Assembly: GCA_045659245.1 (NCBI GenBank)
Contig: JAZOWN010000066.1
Coordinates: forward strand, 2,213 to 66,212
Direction of reading: 5' to 3'
Length of the DNA stretch: 64,000 nt
Source of the DNA: Eubacteriales bacterium
GTDB lineage: Bacteria; Bacillota; Clostridia; Oscillospirales; CAG-272
In this document: positions 28,292 through 37,300 of the stretch, piece by piece
How the letters are laid out: each line of letters starts with the position of its first letter
How positions within the stretch are numbered: position 1 is the first letter of the stretch
Translations under genes and position numbers: made by a program
Notes under the pieces: generated by a model
What the model saw: the letters and a program-made list of their open reading frames with translations, nothing else
Told to the model about the DNA's origin: nothing
Databases searched by the model: none

Positions 28292-28894
28292 ATGAATAAA
28301 GGTATTACCGTTATCGTTTGCATCTGTGCGCTTATTTTAGTCATCGGTCTTTTCCCCGTCCACGGTGAGGCGGAAATTTATGAAGACGTTTTGCGCTTGC
28401 ACGTCGTTGCCAACTCGGATAGTGAGGCTGACCAAGCGCTGAAGCTTGCCGTGCGCGACAAGATAATTTTAATGAGCTCACAGCTTGGCGAGGGGGCTCA
28501 TAGCATTGAGGACGCGGAAAGCATCATTTCCGCTAATATTGACGCCATACGCGAGTGTGCTCAAGCGGAGGTGTATGCGAATGGGTATGACTATCCCGCC
28601 GAGGTACGGCTCGTCCGTGAGGAATATCCTACCAAGACCTACGCCTCACTCTGCTTCCCGTCGGGAGAATATCTGTCCTTGCAGGTGCTAATCGGCGAGG
28701 CGGCGGGACAAAATTGGTGGTGCGTGCTGTTCCCACCTCTTTGCCTTAACGCGGCAAGCAGCACAAATGACGATGCATTTATTTCCGTAGGTCTTACCCC
28801 CGACCAGTATAAGATAATAACAAATACAAATGAGCCTGTTTACGAAGCGCGATTCAAGCTCCTTGAGGTAATTGAGGACGCAGTAAATAAATAA
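28292..28894 (+). CDS. spoIIR: stage II sporulation protein R
   Basis: 200 aa, signal/anchor followed by LRLHVVANSDSEADQALKLAVRD and NWWCVLFPPLC motifs. Confidence 0.9.
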   Translation: MNKGITVIVCICALILVIGLFPVHGEAEIYEDVLRLHVVANSDSEADQALKLAVRDKIILMSSQLGEGAHSIEDAESIISANIDAIRECAQAEVYANGYDYPAEVRLVREEYPTKTYASLCFPSGEYLSLQVLIGEAAGQNWWCVLFPPLCLNAASSTNDDAFISVGLTPDQYKIITNTNEPVYEARFKLLEVIEDAVNK

Positions 28895-28937
28895 AAAATG
28901 CGTTTGATACTCAAAAAGTATCAAACGCATTTTTTTA
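28893..28937. terminator. bidirectional terminator (spoIIR / convergent operon)
   Basis: AATGCGTTTGATAC (28897-28910) pairs with GTATCAAACGCATT (28918-28931), flanked by an A-run and a T-run. Confidence 0.8.
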
Positions 28938-29414
28938 ATTGGTTTCGTAGGATATCGCACTTACCGCTCCGTCTGCAAAAAGAACAGACACGGTAAAATC
29001 ACCCTTTTTGTAATCGATCTGCTTTGCCGTTTCATTATCGGCGTCCCCCAAAAGCGCCTTTGCCTCGTCTATCTCCATACCGATATAAACGCCCTCAGTA
29101 GTCGCTACTATGTCGTCACGGAAAGAGATAGCGTCTATCACGTTACCGTTCTTGCTCTCAAGAACGTATATATCAAGCGAGGGATAGGAATAAAGCACCT
29201 GCGCGCCAAGTCCGCCGCAGTCGCCGATCTCGTAGCTGTCGATAGGCTCGCCGAGCGCGTCTATTATTTCGTCGGCATCTGCTCCCATAACTATCTTTAC
29301 GTTCTTATATTCAACGTAAAGCTCTTCCTTGTCGGTCTTGTTACCGTTACATGCCGCAAGAAGCACCATTGCAAGCACAACTGTAACTACCAAGATCACT
29401 TTGAGTTTTTTCAT
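28935..29414 (-). CDS. lipoprotein of unknown function (last gene of the O-acylation operon)
   Basis: Signal peptide with lipobox LLAAC. 159 aa, no recognised domain. Confidence 0.5.
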   Translation of the reverse strand: MKKLKVILVVTVVLAMVLLAACNGNKTDKEELYVEYKNVKIVMGADADEIIDALGEPIDSYEIGDCGGLGAQVLYSYPSLDIYVLESKNGNVIDAISFRDDIVATTEGVYIGMEIDEAKALLGDADNETAKQIDYKKGDFTVSVLFADGAVSAISYETN

Positions 29415-29425
29415 AGTAACACCTC

Positions 29426-30451
29426 TTATGAATTTCTTTCCTGCTTATATCTTTCGAGTCTGTTCGACCATGCGTTCTTTTCCGCCTCGGTATGCGTAAG
29501 GTCCTTCATTCCGTGGCTGTTGGCAAGAATATTACCGAAATATTCCGTCATTTTCTCCGCACCGTATACGTTCAGGTGTACGCCCCTATCGTACGTATCC
29601 GTAGAAAAATCAATGCCGATCTCATCAACCTCGTCAATGAAATTGTAGTAGGCGAGTCCCTTTTCGTCAGCATATTCCACTATCTGCGCGTCCCACTCGT
29701 CGTACCACCAATACGCAAACGTATTCGTGGGCGCTTTGATAAGAACAAGCTCCGCGCCGTTTTCCTCACACATCACTCGCATTCTCTCAAGGTAGTCCAT
29801 TGAGGTCTGCGGCAGCTCGTATTCGTCTATTTTAAGCGGTCTACCCTCGGTAGGCTCATTCGTCATTGGGACTACTCCCTTTTGCATCAAATATCCACTG
29901 TGCGACGCCGCCTCGGGCGCGCTGAACAGATATCTAAAATCGTCAGCCTCAAGCTCCGTTATGCGCGAATGGAAGCGAAGAAGCGGAAAAACGTAATCGA
30001 GAAGCTTTTCGTCCTCTGTCATTGATGCATTTATCGCATCAAGCTTGTGCTTTGACCAACGCATATCGTCTAGCGTCATACGGTTATACGACTCGCTTTG
30101 CGGCTCTCCGTATTTGAGCGCAAGCACGTTAAAAACAACCACCGACGGCTTTTCATATTCAAAGGTTTCCTCAAGCAGATAATACGAATGCCATATAAGC
30201 TGCTGCGCACTTCCTCGGATATACGAGGAGATTCCGTATTTTTCCCACAGCACAGCGGGAACGAAGCTCTCGTAAACCTCACAGTCACCGACAAAAATAA
30301 CGTCGTGGCCGCCCGCCTCCGCGTAGTACTCTCCAACGAGTCTGCCCTCGGGGTTATCTATATATTTCAGCTGGACAAGCGGTTGCAGGAGTGCAAGTAT
30401 CAAAATGATAGCAATCGCCGCTACTGCAATGCTTATAATTCTTTTCTTCAT
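29426..30451 (-). CDS. membrane-anchored SGNH/DltD-like acyltransferase/esterase
   Basis: N-terminal TM anchor, block-I-like VIFVGDCEV where GDS/GSSE is expected, and a C-terminal DRGVHLN. Sits downstream of the MBOAT gene. Confidence 0.5.
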   Translation of the reverse strand: MKKRIISIAVAAIAIILILALLQPLVQLKYIDNPEGRLVGEYYAEAGGHDVIFVGDCEVYESFVPAVLWEKYGISSYIRGSAQQLIWHSYYLLEETFEYEKPSVVVFNVLALKYGEPQSESYNRMTLDDMRWSKHKLDAINASMTEDEKLLDYVFPLLRFHSRITELEADDFRYLFSAPEAASHSGYLMQKGVVPMTNEPTEGRPLKIDEYELPQTSMDYLERMRVMCEENGAELVLIKAPTNTFAYWWYDEWDAQIVEYADEKGLAYYNFIDEVDEIGIDFSTDTYDRGVHLNVYGAEKMTEYFGNILANSHGMKDLTHTEAEKNAWSNRLERYKQERNS

Positions 30452-30474
30452 TTAATTAGTTATCCTTAAAGCAG

Positions 30475-32064
30475 TTAAAACTGATTGTAAATAAACTGGT
30501 TTGCGTCGTATCCGAAGCCATACGTTCCGAGCATAACCGTCACAAGCAAAAGAGATGCGCAAATTGCCGCAGATGCGACGGGGCGCTCGTAAAGCCACTC
30601 GCGTACGCTTCCCTTTGCCTCGGCACGGCTTACGAAGAAGACGAGCACAACGGAAAGAAGCACGACACAAATATCCGCCGGAGTAAGTCCAAGCTTAAAT
30701 ATTCCGCCACTAAACAGTTCGCAGAAGCCCGAGAACGTAAACATACTTCCCCACATAAGGAAGGTAAGCCCTACGTTTCGGTAGCAGTCGAGAGACCTTA
30801 TAAGTCCCATTAGCAAAAACGTTCTTACGGACATAAAATATCCGTAAAACTTGGACTCTGTAAGACGCGGAAATTTAGCATGGAACTTGCCGTAAATCGG
30901 CTCGAGATTTTCGGAAACCACTATGATAAGGAAATTAAGCATTCCCCATACTATAAAATTCCAACCCGCGCCGTGCCAAACGCCCGTAACGAACCACGTA
31001 ACGGCGCTTGCTATATATGCTACCGTCTTGCTTGCCGCGACTCTGCCGAATTTTCCCGCAAGTCGCTTGTTAAGCTTCATCATAGGCTTGGTTACCGCCA
31101 AGGGGGTGAATATGTAGTCCTTAAACCACGTACCCATGGTGATATGCCAACGGCGCCAATACTCTTTGGTTGATTTCGACGAGAACGGTCTGTCGAAGTT
31201 TTCGGGAAGCTTTATTCCCATGGCCTCGGCAATACCTATCGTAATATCAATTCCGCCCGTAAAGTCTGCGTATATCTGTATCGAATACAGAATTATAAGC
31301 AAGCCGACGTAAGCCCCCTTGTAATTCTCGGGGGCATCGAGCATCGTGTTCATCGCAACGAGAACTCTGTCCGCGATGACAAGCTTTTTAAAATATCCCC
31401 AAAGTATTCTTTGAAGTCCAAAGGTAAACGTCTTACCGTTAAATCTATGGGGTGCGGTAAGCTGTGCTCCTATCTCCGAAAAACGGGAGATAGGTCCTTG
31501 GACAAGCTGCGGGAAGAACGACACGAAAAGCGCAAGCTTTGCAATATTCTTTTCGGGCTGTACCTTCGCGCGGTAAACGTCGATAAGGTATCCCATCGTC
31601 TGGAAGGTATAAAACGATATACCCATGGGAAGCAGAAGATTGGGGATCGTAAATCCCTCTCCGCCAAAAAGTCCTATGATCGAGTTTACGTTATTGACGG
31701 CGAACGCCGTGTATTTAAGCACGGCAAGCACGCCGAAGTTAAGCACGAGTCCGATTATAAGTATACGAAGTCTGTCCTTTTTCTTTCGCGCTCTGTACGC
31801 CTTGCGCGTTTCCTTATCAAGGCTTTCCTTGTTTTCCTCGACGTAAATATCCTCTTTCGTTTTGACTCGGTGCATAAGCACGGAGATAAAGTACGCCGAC
31901 ACCGTCGTAAACAGTATAAATACGAGATATTCAAGTCCCGCGAATGCGTAAAAAACGTAGCTTCCGACAAGAAGCGTTATCCATTGCCATTTTCCGCGAG
32001 TGAGAAAATACGCTAAAAACAGCACGCACAAAAATGCGATAAAGGAATAAGAGGTAAAAAGCAT
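30475..32064 (-). CDS. MBOAT-family O-acyltransferase (DltB/AlgI-like)
   Basis: 529 aa multi-TM protein with the conserved EYWRRWHITMGTWFKDYIF histidine block. Confidence 0.85.
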   Translation of the reverse strand: MLFTSYSFIAFLCVLFLAYFLTRGKWQWITLLVGSYVFYAFAGLEYLVFILFTTVSAYFISVLMHRVKTKEDIYVEENKESLDKETRKAYRARKKKDRLRILIIGLVLNFGVLAVLKYTAFAVNNVNSIIGLFGGEGFTIPNLLLPMGISFYTFQTMGYLIDVYRAKVQPEKNIAKLALFVSFFPQLVQGPISRFSEIGAQLTAPHRFNGKTFTFGLQRILWGYFKKLVIADRVLVAMNTMLDAPENYKGAYVGLLIILYSIQIYADFTGGIDITIGIAEAMGIKLPENFDRPFSSKSTKEYWRRWHITMGTWFKDYIFTPLAVTKPMMKLNKRLAGKFGRVAASKTVAYIASAVTWFVTGVWHGAGWNFIVWGMLNFLIIVVSENLEPIYGKFHAKFPRLTESKFYGYFMSVRTFLLMGLIRSLDCYRNVGLTFLMWGSMFTFSGFCELFSGGIFKLGLTPADICVVLLSVVLVFFVSRAEAKGSVREWLYERPVASAAICASLLLVTVMLGTYGFGYDANQFIYNQF

Positions 32065-32072
32065 ACTCCCTT

Positions 32073-32300
32073 TTATTCCTCGTCAAGCTTGGTTATAAGC
32101 GCCCAAAGCGCCTCTGCCGAGTTGAAGTTTTCGGGGATTATCTCCTCTGCGGGGACGGTCACACCGAACTCCGTATCAATTGCCGCAACAAGAGATACAA
32201 TATCAAGAGAATCAAGTATTCCGTCGTCAATAAGCGACTCCTCGGACGCAAAATCAACGTCGGGATGCAGGTCGGTAAGTATTTCAATTACCTTTTCCAT
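32073..32300 (-). CDS. acyl/D-alanyl carrier protein (DltC-like)
   Basis: 75 aa with a GILDSLDIV phosphopantetheine-attachment motif. Confidence 0.8.
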   Translation of the reverse strand: MEKVIEILTDLHPDVDFASEESLIDDGILDSLDIVSLVAAIDTEFGVTVPAEEIIPENFNSAEALWALITKLDEE

Positions 32301-32332
32301 TTCGTTTTTCCTTTCAAAATGCCAAATATATG

Positions 32333-33832
32333 TCAGTTTTCTTCTGCCATTGACAGAAGCTGTGTTCTGTTTATCTTGCCGTTATCTGTAAGCGGAATTG
32401 CATCAAGCTTACGCGTAAGTGACGGAAGCATGTATCTCGGGAGCATCTCTGCGAGAGCCTTGCTTATCTGTGTCTCCTCAAGCTCGCCTACGTAAAAGAG
32501 CGCGATCGCCTTTTTTTCCTTTGCGTAAACGCACACAGCGCGCGCAACGCCGTCATTTTTCATAGCCGCGCTTTCTATCTCGCCAAGCTCTATTCGGTGC
32601 CCCATGTGCTTTATTTGATTATCCTTGCGGCAAACGAACACAAGCTCGCCGTACTCGTTATAGCGCCCTATGTCGCCCGTTCGGTATATTATCTCCCTAT
32701 ACGCTCGTGCCAAGGGATTTACGACAAACGCCTCGTCCGTTCTCTCAGGATTGTTGTAATATCCCATCGTAACGCACGTTCCTCTAATACAGATCTCTCC
32801 CTCGTCAGCACGCCTATTTTCAGCGTCAAGAAGAATTATCTCGGTATTGTCAAACGGTCTGCCGACGGGGATCGGCTCGTCCTTTGAAAGCTCTCGCAGA
32901 GCCTGCCAATAGCAGGACATACCCGTCGCCTCGGTAGGCCCGTAGAGGTTAAAAAATCTCGCATTTGGCAATGCAGCGCGCCAAAGATCGTACTGCTTGC
33001 GCGGAAAGACCTCGCTGCCAAAGGCTACCGTGGTAAGATATTTGGGGGTATGTGCTTCAAGCGCACCAAGCGAGGAGATCTGCACAAGCGCGGAGACCAC
33101 CCAACAAACGGTATTGATCTTATACGTATCAAGGTACTCAACGAGCTTAACGGGAAACGAGAATAACATTCTCGGCACGAAATAAGTCGTAGCTCCCATT
33201 TTAAGCGTGGGCATAAGCTCCTTGAGAGGCGCGTCAAAATAAAGAGGTGTTTGATTTGCAAAGACCGTATTCTCGTCAAAGCCGAGCGCATCGGTCAAGG
33301 ACTCCGTGTAATCAATTACGGAACGGTGGCATGCAACGACTCCTTTGGGCATTCCCGTAGAGCCTGAGGTGAACACAACGTAAATAGGATCGGTGTCACA
33401 CTGACGGCAGCGAATATCCGCAAGAGCTCTTACGTCTATGGGCGTATCGCAAACGTCGTCGTAAAGCAGCGTATATTCAAGCCCCAGCGCCTCTGCCGCC
33501 TTGAAATTGCGCTTGTCCGCGATTATTGCGCGAGGCTTTAGGTTTTCTATGATCGAGTCAATTCTCGCGCGGGGCATCTTTTCGTCAAGGCAGGCATAAA
33601 AGCAGCCTGCGTATATAACGCCCCAAAAGGCGGTAACCGTCCTCGGATGCTTGTCCATTAGAATAACGACACTCTCACCGTAAAGTCCGAGAGCGGCAAG
33701 CTTTGAGCCTATTGCGCGCGACTCGGAATATACCTCGCCAAAGGTCATATCCTCCTTGCCAGTAGAAAACGCAAGCTTGTCGGGAACTCGCACTGCCGTA
33801 TTCTCGAGATATTCAAGTATGTTTTTTTGCAT
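32333..33832 (-). CDS. AMP-dependent amino-acid--carrier-protein ligase (DltA-like adenylation enzyme)
   Basis: 499 aa with the adenylation motifs VVFTSGSTGMPKGV, YGPTE, YRTGD and GKINR. Confidence 0.8.
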   Translation of the reverse strand: MQKNILEYLENTAVRVPDKLAFSTGKEDMTFGEVYSESRAIGSKLAALGLYGESVVILMDKHPRTVTAFWGVIYAGCFYACLDEKMPRARIDSIIENLKPRAIIADKRNFKAAEALGLEYTLLYDDVCDTPIDVRALADIRCRQCDTDPIYVVFTSGSTGMPKGVVACHRSVIDYTESLTDALGFDENTVFANQTPLYFDAPLKELMPTLKMGATTYFVPRMLFSFPVKLVEYLDTYKINTVCWVVSALVQISSLGALEAHTPKYLTTVAFGSEVFPRKQYDLWRAALPNARFFNLYGPTEATGMSCYWQALRELSKDEPIPVGRPFDNTEIILLDAENRRADEGEICIRGTCVTMGYYNNPERTDEAFVVNPLARAYREIIYRTGDIGRYNEYGELVFVCRKDNQIKHMGHRIELGEIESAAMKNDGVARAVCVYAKEKKAIALFYVGELEETQISKALAEMLPRYMLPSLTRKLDAIPLTDNGKINRTQLLSMAEEN

Positions 33833-33841
33833 AAGATCTCC

Positions 33842-34849
33842 TTAATAGAGGCTCTTCGTTGCCGTCTTGGGATAATCCTTGTCATCGAAGGCATAAAATC
33901 CCGTGCCACTCTTGTTCGGCTTATAATTATCGATTTCCCCACGAGTTCTTAACCAACCGTTAGCCGTTCCATCAGAAAAAGTTCCTCCAAGACGTGTAGC
34001 ATCGTAAAAATACCAGCTTGGATTACTTGAGATTCCTATGTTCACCATGCACCAAAAATGCGTATTGATACCATCAATCGTGCATTTGGAATTATCTTGC
34101 TGAATATCCTCATGCTCTATTCCAAGTCTTACAAAAAACGCTTTTGAGAGAGAAAAATACGAATAACAATCGCCCTTTTCATTCTGGAGCGTTCGCGTTG
34201 CTTCCTCTATCCAATCATTCCGCCAATTTTCGCGGTTATTCGTTACTCCCGGGGTGTTAGATTGTGCTTGTACCTGTGTGCCTTTGTTAAGGGAACTATT
34301 CACGTATGCGTAAACCGCTTCTACCTTTTCCTTGGTCGTAGGAAGCTTGTCTATTCCAAGCTCCGCTATTTTTTGGTCTATAATCGCCATAAGCGTCGAA
34401 TAGGAATATTCCTTTTTCGTTACGTGAACCGTAACGGTCTTTTGAGTTTTCTTCCCCGACGAATCGGTCGCGGAAAAAGTCAACGAGTAAATTCCCTCCT
34501 TGTCGAGGTTAACGTTCGACTCAATTTGGGGTGTAAGCGTTCCGTCTTCATCGTCGATAGCCTGAACGTACTTCCTCCAGCTTATGTTCTCGCCCGCGTA
34601 AACGTATATGGTATCTCCTCCGCCGACGAGCGAAATAACGGGAGAGCTGTTGGAGCTTCCGCCGACCCCGCCAGAGCCACCCTTACCGGAAGAGCCCGAT
34701 GCCGACGCAACGTCAACGATTACTGTAACAGTCGTAGCAACAAGAGCGAGAGCCAAGGCTACAACCGTAATTTTTACTGCTAAAATAACTGTTTTTATAA
34801 GCTTTGAGCGTTGCTTTGCGAACGCTTTAAGATCATCTCTGTATGACAA
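33842..34849 (-). CDS. membrane-anchored Ig-like (DUF5011-type) plus transglutaminase-like cysteine protease domain protein
   Basis: TM anchor, Gly/Ser linker, an Ig-like segment (LTPQIESNVNLDKEGIYSLTFSATDSSGK) and a C/H/D core (GDCYSY...HFWCMV...YDAT). The tracked ATG (34897) lies inside the promoter, so the start is placed at TTG 34849 after AAGGGGA. Confidence 0.55.
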   Translation of the reverse strand: MSYRDDLKAFAKQRSKLIKTVILAVKITVVALALALVATTVTVIVDVASASGSSGKGGSGGVGGSSNSSPVISLVGGGDTIYVYAGENISWRKYVQAIDDEDGTLTPQIESNVNLDKEGIYSLTFSATDSSGKKTQKTVTVHVTKKEYSYSTLMAIIDQKIAELGIDKLPTTKEKVEAVYAYVNSSLNKGTQVQAQSNTPGVTNNRENWRNDWIEEATRTLQNEKGDCYSYFSLSKAFFVRLGIEHEDIQQDNSKCTIDGINTHFWCMVNIGISSNPSWYFYDATRLGGTFSDGTANGWLRTRGEIDNYKPNKSGTGFYAFDDKDYPKTATKSLY

Positions 34850-34885
34850 AATACAATCCCCTTCAAGAAAAAGATATACACAATT

Positions 34886-34914
34886 ATTATACACCAAGAC
34901 ACTGTTTTTGTCAA
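34886..34914 (-). promoter_or_regulatory. promoter of the six-gene surface-acylation operon
   Basis: Minus strand TTGACA (34914-34909), 17-nt spacer, TATAAT (34891-34886). Confidence 0.7.
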
Positions 34915-34949
34915 TGGAAATAAACGTGAATTTTATATATTTTTAATCA

Positions 34950-35004
34950 CTAAAAAAGCCAAAAAACGCTTATGCTACCATTTTAAAATAGCAAAAGCGT
35001 TTTT
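34950..35004 (-). terminator. native spoVT terminator
   Basis: 15-bp stem AAAACGCTTATGCTA / TAGCAAAAGCGTTTT (34963-35003, one mismatch), followed on the minus strand by TTTTTTGGCTTTTTT. Confidence 0.75.
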
Positions 35005-35038
35005 CCTTTTTCTCTGAATTTTCTCTAAAAAAATATGC

Positions 35039-35509
35039 CTAAGCCTCGGTGTGTCTGCCGAGAAAGCCTGCGGCTGTTTGAATGAGCTTGGCTTCCGCAT
35101 CAACCCCAAATACATTATCCCTTTGAGGTTTATCAGCTTCGCTGTCGGATACTGATGCAACACAGCCGATAACGTCTCCCTCGCTTATAATGGGCATAGC
35201 ACATCTTACAAAATGATTTTTGGAGTCGGCAATAACGGGAAGCTTGTCCGTACCCTCTCGCCAACTGTAAAAACCCCTGCCCTCAATAATTTTTTCGATC
35301 TCCTCGGATAAGTTCTTATCGGTATATTCCTTTTTGGAAACACCCGCGCTTGCAATGACCGCATCTCTGTCACTGATTATGACGGAAAGGTTGCAGGTCT
35401 TGTAAAGCGTTTCTGCGTACTTTGATGCGAAGCTTGACAACTCGCCTATGGGAGAGTATTTTTTGAATATGACCTCTCCCTCTCTGTCGGTATATATTTC
35501 AAGCGGGTC
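35039..35509 (-). pseudogene. spoVT: spoVT 3' fragment (about codon 32 to stop) detached from its 5' end by insertion
   Basis: 156 aa DPLEIYTDREGEVIFKKYSPIGELSSFASKYAETLY...PIISEGDVIGCVA...IQTAAGFLGRHTEA. These align by eye with B. subtilis SpoVT from D32 to the C-terminus. The AbrB-type first ~31 codons are missing here. Confidence 0.8.
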
Positions 35510-37270
35510 AACCACGCTGACAACATTGACGCGAAAAACCTTGTCGTGCTGCTTATTCGCACGCTGGACTACCTTGATTTCATAGAAATCTTCGGTTTTT
35601 TCGATATTTTCCGCGTCCTGATCAAAATTTACGGGTATCTCGCTTTCTGTATCGCCAATATTTGCGATCGTTCCGGTTCGGAGTAGCTCGTCCACCTCGG
35701 CTCTTAGCTTGACCTCGATATGATCCTCAAAAACAACCATATGGCTGATAATCAGGTTAATGTCGTTTTTGTCAAGATGATCCTTTTCGAGAATCTCGTT
35801 GAAAACGTCGATGACGGTCTTGGCTACACGGTTGACACGAATCATCGTATTGGTTGTGTCAGATGCCAGCTCAAGCTGATGATGCAACCCCTCAATGTGA
35901 TTCTCGGACTTTTCGATCTCAACGTCGTAAGCCTCTACCGTAACCGAATTTTCCCCGGATTTTGCCGCCGCCTTTGCGCGTTGCTTGACGAGTGAACGCA
36001 AAACCTCGCGCTCTTCTTCAATCTCTTCCATCAGCGCAGCAATTGCATTCTTTCCGGAATCCATGTGCTTCGGTTCGTTCTTGATGACCTCCTCCAGTAT
36101 CTTAATCATAGAGGCAGAGTTATCACGGACCTTTCGGATATACTCCTTTAGCACCTCATCAAGAAAATCAACGTCAACCTTATGGGTTGTGCATCCGCTC
36201 TTCAAGCCGCGTCTGTGATAGTTACCACAGATATAGGAACGGCTCAGGTTCTCTCGGTTTCTGGCAAACATCGGTGCGCCGCAATCACCGCAAACAAGAA
36301 ATCCAGAATAGTTATTTTCGTTTTTCTTGATGCCGCGGTAGTGCGCCTTTGCCCTTAGCTTCAACTGCTCCTGCACCGTCGTAAACGTGCGATAATCCAC
36401 AATGGGCGTGTGGAAATTCTCGAACACAATCTGCTCACTTTCGTGAACAGGAACCATCGGTCCATTGATGGTCTTGCGCTGATACTTTCTCGAGCGAAGC
36501 GTTCCGATATAAAAATCGTTTTTCAGAATCTCTCCCACCGTCTGGATGCTCCAAACATCCTTGACCACTGCGTGATACTCATCTCCCATCGCCTCCTTTC
36601 GAGCCTTTTCTCGCATTCTGGCTGTGGGGATTTTTTGCGCGGTTAGGTGTTCGGCAATCTTCTTGTAGCCCCAACCGTTTATGTAGAGGCGGAAAATCTC
36701 GCGAACCACCTCGGCGGCGGGCTCGTCAACCTCGTAGATCATCTTCTTGGTGTTCTTCATTACGTAGCCATAAGGTACGGAACAAATCCACTCTCCGCGC
36801 TGCTGACGGCTCGCAATAACTGCCGAGACCTTTTCACTGGCATCGGTTACGGGCATTTCGTTGAACATGAAGAACATCTTCGTCTTCATAAGATCGCCCT
36901 TCTTCATAGAGTTCGTGTCAAGCGAATCTCCAATCGAAATAATGCGAAGCCCAAGCTCCATAAAATCCTCAAACTCGGACATGCCCTTGCTGAGTCTTCT
37001 TGAAAAACGGCTCAGATCCTTTACGATTAAAATATCATACTCACCGTTTATCAGCTTTGGTCTCAGCTCTCCGTGATAACACGGACGCTTTTCAAAGCTG
37101 TATCCCGACTTATCGCGGTCTTCAAAGTAATCAACCGTACTCGTGGGAAAGTGAAGCTTGCAATACTCGTCAATGATTGCCTTCTGGTTTTCAATACTCG
37201 TATTCGTTCCGTTTCGCTCTTCATCGACCGAAATACGGGTATAAGCGGCAATTTTGTATCTTTCCACCAT
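35039..37270 (-). CDS. large serine recombinase (resolvase + recombinase + zinc-ribbon + DUF4368-like regions), reading in frame into the spoVT 3' fragment
   Basis: N-terminus AAYTRISVDEE...DRDKSGYSFEKRP...VKDLSRFSR (catalytic Ser/Arg pattern), Cys-rich zinc ribbon (CGDCGAP...CGNYHRRG), coiled coil, and DINLIISHMVVFEDHIEVKL. No stop codon before the junction at about 35510. Confidence 0.85.
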   Translation of the reverse strand: MVERYKIAAYTRISVDEERNGTNTSIENQKAIIDEYCKLHFPTSTVDYFEDRDKSGYSFEKRPCYHGELRPKLINGEYDILIVKDLSRFSRRLSKGMSEFEDFMELGLRIISIGDSLDTNSMKKGDLMKTKMFFMFNEMPVTDASEKVSAVIASRQQRGEWICSVPYGYVMKNTKKMIYEVDEPAAEVVREIFRLYINGWGYKKIAEHLTAQKIPTARMREKARKEAMGDEYHAVVKDVWSIQTVGEILKNDFYIGTLRSRKYQRKTINGPMVPVHESEQIVFENFHTPIVDYRTFTTVQEQLKLRAKAHYRGIKKNENNYSGFLVCGDCGAPMFARNRENLSRSYICGNYHRRGLKSGCTTHKVDVDFLDEVLKEYIRKVRDNSASMIKILEEVIKNEPKHMDSGKNAIAALMEEIEEEREVLRSLVKQRAKAAAKSGENSVTVEAYDVEIEKSENHIEGLHHQLELASDTTNTMIRVNRVAKTVIDVFNEILEKDHLDKNDINLIISHMVVFEDHIEVKLRAEVDELLRTGTIANIGDTESEIPVNFDQDAENIEKTEDFYEIKVVQRANKQHDKVFRVNVVSVVDPLEIYTDREGEVIFKKYSPIGELSSFASKYAETLYKTCNLSVIISDRDAVIASAGVSKKEYTDKNLSEEIEKIIEGRGFYSWREGTDKLPVIADSKNHFVRCAMPIISEGDVIGCVASVSDSEADKPQRDNVFGVDAEAKLIQTAAGFLGRHTEA

Positions 37271-37300
37271 ATTAAATGCTCCTTTCTTTTTTCAAACAAC

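Noticed and set aside
34850-34897. ATG at 34897 as the start of the transglutaminase-like gene
   Set aside because: It lies inside and upstream of the TTGACA-17-TATAAT promoter (34886-34914). A TTG at 34849 with AAGGGGA upstream fits better.
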